From Mustelus asterias (taxonomy: Eukaryota): a DNA stretch of 64,000 nt. Location: the NCBI RefSeq assembly GCF_964213995.1, contig NW_027590479.1:62001-126000 (forward strand), written 5' to 3'. Position numbers and translations under genes: made by a program. This document shows positions 1-10,969 of the stretch, piece after piece. How positions within the stretch are numbered: position 1 is the first letter of the stretch; each line of letters starts with the position of its first letter. The notes beneath the pieces were generated by a model, which had not been told where the DNA came from, ran no database searches, and saw only the letters and a program-made list of their open reading frames with translations.

Positions 1-1298
1 TTTAAAAAAGGATGTAGACTAAAAGCAGGAAACTTTAGACCAGTTAGTTCAACTTCTGGAGTAGGGAAATGCTTGATTCTATCATCAAGGAAGAAATCGC
101 GAGACATCTGGATATAAGTTGTCCCATTGGTAAGGCGCAGCATTGGTAAGGCTGCAGAAGATTCGGGTACACGGAGTTGGGGGTAAAGTGTTAGCGTGGA
201 TTGAGGATTGGCTTTCTCACAGGAAGCAGCGTTGGAATAATTGGGTGCTTTTCTGGATGGCAGTTGGTGACTCGTGGCATGCCGCAGGGATCGGTGCTGG
301 GGCCTCAACTGTTTACCAAATACATAGATGATCTGGAGGAGGGGACCGAGTGTAGGGTAACAAAGTTTGCGGATGATACAAAGATGAGTGGGAAAGTGAA
401 TTGCGTGGAGGATGCGGAAAGCCTGCAGAGAGATTTGGATAGGCTAAGTGAGTGGGCAAGGATCTGGCAGATGGAGTATAACGTTGACAAGTGTGAGGTT
501 ATCCACTTTGGAAGGGATAGTAGTAAAATGGACTATTATTTAAATGGTGAAAAATTACAACATGGTACTGTGCAGAGGGACCTGGGGGTTCTTGTGCATG
601 AATCACAAAAACTCAGTTTGCAGGTGCAGCAGGTGATCAAGAAGGCAAATGGAATGTTGGCCTTTATCACGAGAGGGATGGAGTATAAAAGCAGGGAGGT
701 CTTGCTGCAATTGTACAGGGTACTGGTGAGGCCGCACCTTGAGTACTGTGTGCAATTTTGGTCCCCTTATTTGCGGAAGGACGTATTGGCCTTGGAGGGA
801 GTACAGAGAAGGTTCACCAGGTTGATACCGGAGATGAGGGGGTTAGCTTATGAGGAGAGATTCAGTAGTTGGGCCTGTACTCGTTTGAGTTTAGAAGGCT
901 GAGGGGAGATCTTATAGAGACACATAAGATAATGAAGGGGCTCGACAGGGTAGAGGCAGAGAGATCCTTTCCACGTGGAAGGGAAACAAGAACTAGAGGA
1001 CACAGCCTGAAAATAAGGGAGAGGCAGTTTAGAACAGAGTTGAGGAGGAACGTCTTCTCTCAGAGGGTAGTGAATCTCTGGAATTCTCTGCCCATTGAAG
1101 CAGTGGAGGCTTCCTCGTTAAATATGTTTAAGTCACAGGTAGATAGATCTCTGATCTCAATAAGGGAATTATGGGTATGGGGAGCGGGCGGGTAAGTGGA
1201 ACTAAAGCACTATCAGATCAGCCATGATCTTATTGAATGGCGGGGCAGGCTCGAGGGGCTAGATGGCCTACTCCTGCTCCTATTTCTTATGTTCTTAT
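1..1298 (+). mobile_element. CR1-clade LINE, 3' part (RT domain + 3' UTR), frameshifted
   Basis: ORFs 201-902 and 869-1195 contain PQGSVLGP, KFADDTK, RPHLEYCVQFWSP and SQRVVNLWNSLP; element ends in a TTCTTATGTTCTTATG tail at ~1283-1298. Confidence 0.93.
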
Positions 1299-1299
1299 G

Positions 1300-1670
1300 A
1301 TCTCGCATGGCTTCATGAAGGGAAGGTCATGTGTGCCTAATTTGGTGGAATTCTTTGAGAACATTACATGTGCAGTGGGCATTGGGAAACCTGTTGATGT
1401 GGTGGATCTAGATTTCCAGAAGGCATTTGACAAGGTGCCGCACCTAAGACTGCTGCATAAGATAAAGGCGCACGGTGTTACGGGTAATGTATTAGCATGG
1501 ATGGAGGATTGATTAACTAACAGAAAGCAAAGAGTGGGGGTAAGTGAGTGTTTTTTCGGTTGACGATCAGTGACTAGAAATGTGCCTCAGGGATCAGTGT
1601 TGGGACCGCAATTGTTTATGATTTACATAGATGATTTGGAGTTGGGGACCAAGTGTAGTGTGACAAACTT
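1300..1670 (+). mobile_element. CR1-clade LINE internal RT fragment
   Basis: HGFMKGRSC..DFQKAFDKVPH in ORF 1237-1512; PQGSVLGP-coding DNA at ~1585. Confidence 0.85.
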
Positions 1671-1712
1671 CCAATAATTCCAACTGATGGTTATCGTTAA
1701 TGTCATTAAATA

Positions 1713-2390
1713 TGTCTCTCTCTGTCTCTTTCTGTCTTTATGTGCATCCCTCTCTCTGTATCTCTCTCTCTCTCTGCCTGTTTCTCTGTCTCTTACCGTC
1801 TCTCTGCATCTCCCTCATTCACCTTCTATCTACACTCTTCCTCTGTGTCTCCTTCCCCTTCTCAGTCTCTCTCTCTCCTTTTCCCTCTCCTTCTCTGTTC
1901 CCCTTTGCTTATTTCTCTGTCTATCTCTCTCTCTGCATCGCTCTGTCCTTTGCTCTTGCTGTGTCCATTCTACTTATTCAGTCTCACTGTTTAAAATTCG
2001 CTGACGCTCTCTGTCTCTGTATCTGTTTCTCTCTGCCTCCCTTTCTGTCTCCCTTTCTATCTTAGTCTCGCTCTCTGATTACATCCTCCCATCTGTCTCC
2101 CCCTGTCTCCCTTTCTCATTCCCTGTCCATCGCCCTCCCCACTTCCCCCAATCTCTATCCCTGTTTTTCTCGCTCTGTGAGAGTCCCTATCGGTCTCTGT
2201 CCTTTCTCTCTGTCTCTCTCCCTCTCTCACTGTCTCTGTTTCTATCCCTGAACCTGTTAGAAACTCTTTCAAAATTTGTCACACTCCATTATTTGTGCCC
2301 TTCCCTCTCTCTGCCTCTCTATCACTCTCACTGTTGCTCTCACTGCCCCCTCTCTCTCTCTCTATCTGTCACTCTTTCTGTCTCTGTGAG
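1713..2390. repeat. (CT/CTGT)n pyrimidine-rich low-complexity tract
   Basis: Degenerate TC/TCTG repeats; these produce the spurious Ser/Leu-rich ORFs. Confidence 0.9.
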
Positions 2391-2458
2391 GCTGTTTGTT
2401 ATGTGTAGTTTGAATGTCCAATAGGAAGAGTCAGGGGTCTTGTGGTTGTAGTTTCCTC

Positions 2459-5400
2459 TCAGGGTTTAATGAGTCGAAGAATTGCAGTAAGGGGAGCTTT
2501 CAGCAGATTTTTCAGCTGCTGCCTGAAGTGAGTCTGTGTCACAGCATAAATGGCAGTGTTTGTGCAGCAACTCAGGAGTTGCAGCATGAAGCCCAAATCC
2601 ATAACAAAGTAATCTAACCACACTAACCGGAAGCCCAAATTATACATCTGACCCCATATTGAAAAGACCATTAATGTTGACCATAAGAGGATGAAATTGG
2701 CTGAGATAACAAACAGTAAAATGATGGATTTCCTTCGACTCTCCATCTCTAGGTCTCTGGGAGTCTCCCCACTGCTGTGAGCCCGGAGTCTCCTGCGGGC
2801 TCTGCTGCTCACTAAAATGTGTCTGACGGTGAAAGCATTGAGCAGCAGAATCAGGGCGAATGGGACAGTCGGGGTTAGAATGTGGTGGAGGATCTCGATT
2901 GTTACCCAGACCGGAGATTCCACAACATCCATTGTGAAGCCACAAAACGAGGGGTTGTTCATCAGCCAATATCCATTTAATAACTTAAAATACCAGAAGA
3001 TGTTCTTTAAACAGCTCAGCACCGTCACTGTTCCCAGAACCACAGCCGACGATTTCTCACTGCAATATTTACTTTTCAGCTTGGGGCAGCAAATGGCCAC
3101 AAATCGATCAAAGGTGAAAGTGACGGTGAACCAGACAGAACAGTCAGTGGCTGCATACACCAAGACGGCGTGGATATTACACACGGGGAGCGAGTACAGG
3201 AAAGAAAACTGTTCCCAATAAACAATGGGAATGTGTCTCAATATCAGGTCGAGGATAACGACCAGCAGATCCCCCACTGACATGGCCACCAGGTAACGAG
3301 TGACACATTTGGACAGACCACAGTTTCTGCTCATCAGTGTCACAATTGTGATTATGTTCACTGTCAGGAAGGAAAATAAAGAATGAAATTAGATATGATT
3401 CAGGGGAAGAAATTACAATTCAGACTGAGGACGGGTGAAAATAGAAATAATGTGCACAGACACAGAATAATTAAATCTATGCTTTTAGAAAATCCAGCAC
3501 GTCTTTTGCAGCCTGTGAGAGGAAAGTGGAGTACCTGGAGGCAACCCCCACAGACACGGGGAGAAGGTCCAAACTCCACACAGACAGTGACTCACGCCTG
3601 GAATTGAACCCAGGTCCCTGATGCTGATAGTCAGCAGTGCTAACCACTGTGTCACCATTCTGCTCCATGGTAGCGACACAATGGTATACACTTGAGTGAG
3701 AGTTTTCCGGGGAGTCCACAACATTGACCCTCACTCAGCTACGGGTGAATAGCCCCTCTACCTTGTGGGGGATTTGGAGGGTAAGAAGGCTGAGGGAGTA
3801 AACCCTGTCAGAAAAGCCGGAGTGGAGTACTGTAGGTGGTTATCTGTCGTCTCTCAGACAGCTTACTGACAACCCCTGCAGCAGAGCTGGTACCAAACAG
3901 TACTGGCTTCACCCTTGCCTCTGGACAATACTAAAAGTTGGCAGAGGGAGATCCTGATGCCTCAACAGTTCCGACTCTATTATACTTACACAGGACTGTA
4001 CCCTGGAGAGGAGACCACAGCATTGTGGCCACCGGTAGCACAACACAGGAAGAAACAGTAATCTCACACTCGATTGGCACAGAACACAACTACCAGGGTT
4101 TGCTTTCAACAGTGGGAGAAAACTTCAGGGTTCAGTGAATAGCTACTGTCTCGAGTGCCCAGTGCGTTTGCTGCTCTCCCACTATGGCCTACTGGACCAC
4201 TGAAGCTTAGTGAGTCCTCTCTCAGCAGGAAAGTTGCTAATCTATGCACGAAGTAAGAAAAACTCAAACCAAGGCCGGGACCAAAGAAAAGCCAAGCGGT
4301 CTGCCTTAATGACTATCGTCCGGTGACTCGAACATTCAATATTATGAAATGCATCAAAGATTAGTCATGGCATAAATCAAATCCAGCCCCCCAGATTGTC
4401 TGGATCCACTACAGTTCACCTACCGCCACAACGTCCACAGACGCCATCTCCCTCACCCTACAGTGAACCCTGGAACACAGACTCGTGTTTATCGACTTCA
4501 GCTCATAATAAGAACATAAGAAATAGGAGCAGGAGTAGGCCATCTAGCCCCTCGAGCCTGCCCCGCCATTCAATAAGATCATGGCTGATCTGACGTGGAT
4601 CAGTACCACTTACCCGCCTGATCCCCATAACCCTTAATTCCCTTACCGCTCAGGAATCCATCCATCCGCGCTTTAAACATATTCAGCGAGGTAGCCTCCA
4701 CCACCTCAGTGGGCAGAGAATTCCAGAGATTCACCACCCTCTGGGAGAAGAAGTTCCTCCTCAACTCTGTCTTAAACCGACCCCCCTTTATTTTGGGGCT
4801 GTGTCCTCTAGTTTTAACTTCCTTACTAAGTGGAAAGAATCTCTCCGCCTCCACCCTATCCAGCCCCCGCATTATCTTATAAGTCTCCATCAGATCCCCC
4901 CTCATCCTTCTAAACTCCAACGAGTACAAACCCAATCTCCTCAGCCTCTCCTCATAATCCAAACCCCTCATCTCCGGTATCAACCTGGTGAACCTTCTCT
5001 GCACTCCCTCCAATGCCAATATATCCTTCCTCATATAAGGGGACCAATACTGCACACAGTATTCCAGCTGCGGCCTCACCAATGCCCTGTACAGGTGCAT
5101 CAAGACATCCCTGCTTTTATATTCTATCCCCCTCGCAATATAGGCCAACATCCCATTTGCCTTCTTGATCACCTGTTGTACCTGCAGACTGGGCTTTTGC
5201 GTCTCATGCACAAGGACCCCCAGGTCCCTTTGCACGGTAGCATGTTTTAATTTGTTTCCATTGAGATAGTAATCCCATTTGTTATTATTTCCTCCAAAGT
5301 GTATAACCTCGCATTTCTCAACGTTATACTCCATTTGCCATATCCTCGCCCACTCACTCAGCCTGTCCAAATCTCTCTGCAGATCTTCTCCGTCCTCCAC

Positions 5401-8400
5401 ACGATTCACTTTTCCACTTATCTTTGTGTCGTCTGCAAACTTCGTTACCCTACACTCCGTCCCCTCCTCCAGATCATCTATATAAATGGTAAAAAGTTGC
5501 GGCCCGAGTACCGATCCCTGCGGCACGCCACTAGTTACCTTCCTCCAACCGGAAAAACACCCATTTATTCCGACTCTTTGCTTCCTGTCGGATAGCCAGT
5601 CCCCAATCCACTTTAACACACTACCCCCAACTCCGTGTGCCCTAATCTTCTTCAGCAGCCTTTTATGGGGCACCTTATCAAACGCCTTTTGGAAATCCAA
5701 AAACACCGCATCCACCGGTTCTCCTCCATCAACCGCCCTAGTCACATCTTCATAAAAATCCAACATGTTCGTCAAGCACGACTTTCCCCTCATGAATCCA
5801 TGCTGCGTCTGATTGATCGAACCATTTCTATCCAGATGCCCTGCTATCTCCTCCTTAATAATGGATTCCAGCATTTTCCCTACTACAGACGTTAAGCTGA
5901 CCGGCCTATAGTTACCCGCCTTTTGTCTCCTTCCTTTTTTAAACAGCGGCGTAACATTAGCCGTTTTCCAATCAACCGGCACTACCCCAGAATGCAACGA
6001 GTTTTGATAAATAATCACTAACGCATCCACTATTACCTCTGACATTTCTTTCAATACCCTGGGATGCATTCCATCCGGACCCGGGGACTTGTCCACCTTC
6101 AGTCCCATTAGTGTACCCAGCACTGCCTCTCTGGTAACATTAATCGTATTAAGTATTTCTCCTGCTGCCAACCCTTTATCGTTAATATCATTAGTCTACC
6201 CAGCACTGCCTCTCTGGTAACATTAATCGTATTAAGTATTTCTCCTGCTGCCAACCCTCATCCTTTATCATCATTATTCCTGCGAAACCCATGTCCAAAT
6301 TCCGTGTCCTGGGGTTCGGCTCCTGCCTCTGCAATTTGATCCGGAACTTCCTGATACGCAGAAAGCAATAAATAAGGAAAGTCAACAACACCTCCTCCGC
6401 AATCATCCTCAACAGCGGTGCCCCACAAGGCCGTGCCCTCAGCTCCTTACTATACTCCTTATACGCCGATGACTGTGTGGCCAAATTCCCCATCAACTCG
6501 ATTTCCAAGTTTGCTGATGACACCAGTGGGTCAGATCTCAAACAACAATGAGATCGAGGACAGGGAAGAGCTAGATAATCTGGTGAACTGGGGCGACCAC
6601 AATAATCTCTTCCTGAATGCCAACAAAGCAAAGGAGATAGTCATCGACTTCAGGAAGCAGAGTGGAGTACATGCCCCTGTCTAAACATTGGGGTGAAGTT
6701 CAAATGGTCGAGAGCATCAAGTTTTTATGGGTCCAGATCACCAACAACCTGTCCTGGTCCCTCCATGACGATCCAGATAGTCTGGGGGCCGCAGCTCTTC
6801 GCGAGCAGCCCCTGACCGGAGAGAGGGCCCCCGCTTCCCCATATCCCAGACCAATCATCCACCCTTCCCCCACACCAATTACATGCAGAGAGGCAGCGAG
6901 AACCCCCTCCCTACCCCACTGTGCATGCAGAGAGGCAGCGAGATTTTCCTCCCTAACCCACTGTGCATTCACAGAGGCAGTGAGATCCCCCTCCCTATCC
7001 CACTGTGCATGCAGACGCAGCGACACCCCCTTCCTACCCCACTGTGCAGCAGAGAGGCAGCGAAGCTTCCCTCCATAACCCACTGTGCATTCACAGAGGC
7101 AGCGAGAACCCCCGTCCTACCCCACTGTGTATGCAGAGAGGCAGCCAGACCCTCCCCCTACCCCACTTTGCATGCAGAGAGGCAGCGAGACCCCCTCCCT
7201 AACCCACTGTGCATGCAGAGAGGCAGCGTGGAACCCTCCCTGCCCCACTGTGCACGCACAGAGGCAGCGAGACCCCCTCCCTACCCCACTGTGCATGCAG
7301 AGAGGCAGCGAGACCCCCTCCCTAACCCACTGTGCATGCAGATAGGCAGCGATGCACCCTCCCTGCCCCACCGTGCATGCAGAGAGGCAGCGAGACCCCC
7401 TCACTACCCCATTGTGCATGCAGAGAGGCGGCGATGCACCCTCCCTGCCCCACCGTGCATGCAGAGAGGCAGCGAGACCCCCTTGCTACACCACTGTGCA
7501 TGCAGAGAGGCAGCGAGACCCCCTCCCTACACCACTGTGCATGCAGAGAGGCAGAGGGACACCCTCCCTACGCAACTGTGCATGTAGAGAGGAAGCACGC
7601 CCACCCTCCCTACCTCACTGTGCATGCAGAGAGGCTAAGGGTCACCCTCCCTAACCCACTGTGCATGCGGAGAGGCAGCGAGACCCCATCCCTGCCTCAC
7701 CGATCGTGTGCAGAGTGGCTGGAGGACCCGCTACACTCACCAATCTCGTGCAGAGCAGCAGTGGGGGTGCGCTCCCTACTCCACCAATCACATGCAGCGT
7801 GGCATTGGGCCACTCAACTGAATGGATCAGCCCGCTCCCCAAGGGCCCATCTGCCTTCAGGACCTGCCCCTTCAACTCCCACCCCTGCAGGTCCAGCCCC
7901 TGCAGGTCCCGCTCCTGCACGCCATGGCCCACAGGCGCCGCTATCTTCAGGCTCCGCTCTGTAGACCCTGCCACCTCAGGCACCACCCCCTGGTACTGCC
8001 CGGTGGGCATTGCCCAAGGGGAACCTTCCTTTGCCCTCGACCTTGCCCGGTGTCCTCAATGGCCTTCGCTTCTACCGGTGAGGCCATCACAACTCGTCCT
8101 CATACATGTGGCCAGCTCTTTCCCTCACTGGACACAGCCTCTCCCGGTGAGGCTGCAAAGGTAAGCGTGCCCGGACGATTACATCCCAGGCTCGCTAATT
8201 TTAATTAAATTTGTTATAAAATAAATTTCAATAATTTACTCAGCCTCTTGCCAGAAATGGGCAGGAGACTCAATCCGCCCCATTTCCGTTGCGGGTGAAG
8301 GTTGCAAGAGGCGAGAAATGGGGCGTGGACCTGAGTTCTCGGCTGTTACGCCATCCATGGGCAGGCAGTAGTTGTTATCCTGCCCCCTACCGTGTGTGTG

Positions 8401-9610
8401 TTGCGTGTGTCTATATTGTCTTTACCAGTATGCATGTGTGTTTGTGTGTGAGCAACAGAGTACCTGACGAGTATTCCAAAGTGTGCGTTATTCTGGAGTG
8501 TTACAGCAATTTTGGATCTTGAATTTGTGTGTGTGCGAGTAAGTGTCTAATCTGATTGCTTCTATCAGTAAATGTCTGTATTAATATATGTGCGTTTGAG
8601 TGTGTCTGTGTGTTTGTGTTCCTGTGACTCTAGGAGAGTTTGTGATGGTACAAGGGATAGCGTTGCTGCCTCATAGCACTAGGGGCCCTGGATCAATTCC
8701 AGTCTTGGCTGCTGTCTGTGCAGAGTCTGCACATTCTCCCTGTGTCTGCGTGAGTTTCCTCCAGGTGCTCCGGTTTCCTCCCACTCTCTGAAAGTTGTGC
8801 TGGTTAGGTGCATTGGCCATGCTAAATTCTCCCTCAGTGTACCTGAACAGGTGCTGGAGTGTGGCGACTCGGGGATTTTTATAGTAACTTCATTGCAATG
8901 TTAATGTTCGCATACTTGTGACACTGACGCATAAATTTAAAATTTTATGAAATATGTTCTCTCTCTGTGGGATCCTGCTGTGCATATATGACCAATAAAA
9001 TTGATTCTGTGGCGTGGTGATTTGGTGGGTGAACTGGTGTTATATGCAGAGGGTAAAAATGATTCTGTCTCAATCTTTTACTCACGATGGAATAACGTTT
9101 GAGGTCACATGTCTATGGAAAGTCACAGCACACAGAAGACATCCTAGCCCATAGGCCCTCAGACAGTGGCTGAAAGAATTAATAACCGGAGACTGAGATT
9201 CACCAGAAACAAGAGCAGCAAGCCGAGTACAGTAAATGTCAAGGAAATCAATACAGTTGAACAGCCTTTCTAGAATTAGGAGCTGGACACAGGGGACGGG
9301 AGTTTACAGCCTCAATCTTCCCAAAGCTGCAAAATCCCACCCGTGTTCAACAGACCTTCCCATGCTCCGCCCCTCGCCTGCTCCGATTCCCGTGGCGGTC
9401 GGGCCGGTACAATTCCAGCCAGGACTTACCCGGAACACCAACAATCGCCAGGAGGGGATAGTAAATGCACTGAATCGCCTTCAGTAGATATTCAATCCGA
9501 TGAGCTGATGTTACCCACGAATAATCTGCAGTAAACCAAGAAATCCAATAGAATAAACTCCTGTCCTTGGTTGGAACATTCCAATCCATTGTTCCCAGAT
9601 TCTGATCCAT
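2459..9610 (-). CDS. GPR139-like class A GPCR #1; exon 1 9610-9430, exon 2 3360-2459; 360 aa
   Basis: Exon 1 ends ...IYYPLLAIVGVP with GTAAGT donor at 9429; TTCCTGACAG acceptor at 3361; phase-1 join gives GVP-V-NIITI; seven hydrophobic segments, DRFVAICC, TM3 and ECL2 Cys, TM7 CCTNTAIY; open frame to stop at 2459. Confidence 0.9.
3495..3660 (-). mobile_element. tRNA-derived V-SINE/HE1-like SINE, degenerate
   Basis: Head ACAGTGGTTAGCACTG..GGGTTCAATTCC and core TCTGTGTGGAGTTTGGACCTTCTCCCCGTGTCT on the minus strand. Confidence 0.8.
4275..6775 (+). mobile_element. Rex1/Babar-like LINE remnant (4275-4505 and ~6265-6775) split by a CR1 insertion
   Basis: LNDYRPV-, LDPLQF.YR- and FIDFSS-like coding before the insert; IIP.., GAPQG..LS.LLY, KFADDT and KEIVIDFRK after it. 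Confidence 0.72.
4505..6262 (-). mobile_element. Young 5'-truncated CR1 LINE with uninterrupted 523-aa RT ORF (4600-6171)
   Basis: KSPGPDG, NYRPVSLTS, DFQKAFDKVPH, PQGSVLGP and KFADDTK with no stops or frameshifts; TTCTTATG tail at ~4505-4520. Confidence 0.95.
6881..7710. repeat. GC-rich minisatellite, ~41-42 bp unit, ~20 copies
   Basis: Unit ~CCCCACTGTGCATGCAGAGAGGCAGCGAGACCCCCTCCCTA; successive copies 41 bp apart (e.g. 7203, 7244, 7285). Confidence 0.93.
8640..8940 (+). mobile_element. V-SINE-type SINE (second tail family)
   Basis: Core GCACATTCTCCCTGTGTCTGCGTGAGTTTCCTCCAGGTGCTCCGG; tail AACTTCATTGCA.TGTTAATG shared with copies at 39.0, 50.8 and 52.4 kb. Confidence 0.8.
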
Positions 9611-9694
9611 TGTTGGAACATTTCAATCCATTGTTCCCAGATTCTGATCCATTGTTGAAACATTCCAATCCATTGTTCCCCGGATTCTGATCTC
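9569..9694 (-). repeat. 21-bp tandem repeat spanning the GPCR #1 start, each unit starting with ATG
   Basis: ATGs at 9673, 9652, 9631, 9610 and 9589; units encode MDWNVST / MDQNLGT / MD*NVPT / MDQNLGT / MDWNVPT. Confidence 0.9.
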
Positions 9695-10054
9695 TCCTCT
9701 CCCTCCCTCTCTCTCCACAGCCGCTGATCTCTGTTAGTGTCGGAGTTGTCGCTCCCGCTGCCTCAATGGGACAACACATTGAACGGAACCCCTTATTAAT
9801 AGAAGAGGGGAATCCCTCCAGACACACTAATCGGATCCATGGAGACTCACATCAATTACAGTCACTAAACAAACAGCTTCACTTAACCCCCTTCAATCCA
9901 ACACTTTTTATACCCAAAGTAGAACATTTACAGCCGAGATGGGATGTTCCTGGTCAGGGAGTTATGGAAAGTTGGAAATAATGGAGGGTCGGACCGTAAA
10001 TCCTTCAGTATTCATTCTATGTAACAGAGCTCCCTCTGCTAGTGTTCATTTTGA

Positions 10055-10805
10055 GATGACTAGGATATAAAAGCAGGGGTATACTGTTGAGTTTTTATAA
10101 GACTCTGTTCAGACCACATTCAGAATATTGTCAGCAATTTTAGGCCCCGTATCCGAGGACGGATGTGTTGGATTTGGAGAGGGTCCAGAAGAGGTTCAGA
10201 AGAATGATCCGGGGAATGAAAGACTTAACGCATGAGGAGCGTCTGAGGACTTTGGGTCTATACTCGATGGAGTTTGGAAGGATGAGGAGGGGGATACCAT
10301 TGAAACTTACAGAATAATGAAAGGCCTGGATAGAGTATACTTGGGGCTGATATTTCATTAGTAGGAGAGGCACAACCTCAGAGGAAACGGATGACCCTTT
10401 GGAACTGGGATGTGGACCTGCCGGCATTGGACTGGGGTGGGCACAGTAAGAAGTCTCACAGCACCAGTTGTCCACTCACCTGATGAAGGAGCAGCGTTCC
10501 GAAAGCTCGTGGGACTTTAACCTGCTGTTGTGAGACTTCTTACTTTCGAAATTTGACGAGGAGGAATTTCTTCAGCCAGAGGCTGGCGAATCTGTGGAAT
10601 TAATTGTCACACAAGGCTGTGGAGGCCAGGTCATTGAGTGTATTTAAGAAAGAGATATCTAGGTTCTTAACTGGTAAAGTGCTCTAGGGTTATGGGGAAA
10701 AAGCGGGAGAATGGGTTTGAGAAACTTATCAGCCAGAATTGAATAGTGGAACAGGCTCAATGGGCCTAATGGCCTAATTCTGTTCCTATATTTTATTGTC
10801 TTATA
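10055..10805 (+). mobile_element. Degenerate CR1 3' fragment
   Basis: Similarity to RPHLEYC..LERVQRRF.. coding and to the 3' UTR of the copy at 1-1298; many stops. Confidence 0.75.
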
Positions 10806-10969
10806 GGTATCATGGATGTGGCTTTTAGATGAGGTTAAAGTTAATCAGGGTTGATATAGTCTGCTAAATCCAGGCTGTAGCCGATCTTATATACAGCTTA
10901 TGTCCAGAACAACCTTAGTAAGGGACTTCACACAGATCAATCTCTCAGTGTTATGTGCAGTACAATCTG

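Noticed and set aside
1687-2272. Ser/Leu-rich membrane-protein-like ORFs
   Set aside because: Translation of CT-rich low-complexity DNA
4801-5895. Plus-strand ORFs overlapping the CR1 RT (likewise at 12472-12978 and 28925-29564)
   Set aside because: Antisense shadow ORFs of the LINE coding sequence
6881-7710. CRISPR-like array or Cys/His-rich protein ORFs
   Set aside because: Units are contiguous with no unique spacers, the context is eukaryotic, and the ORFs in several frames are by-products of a minisatellite
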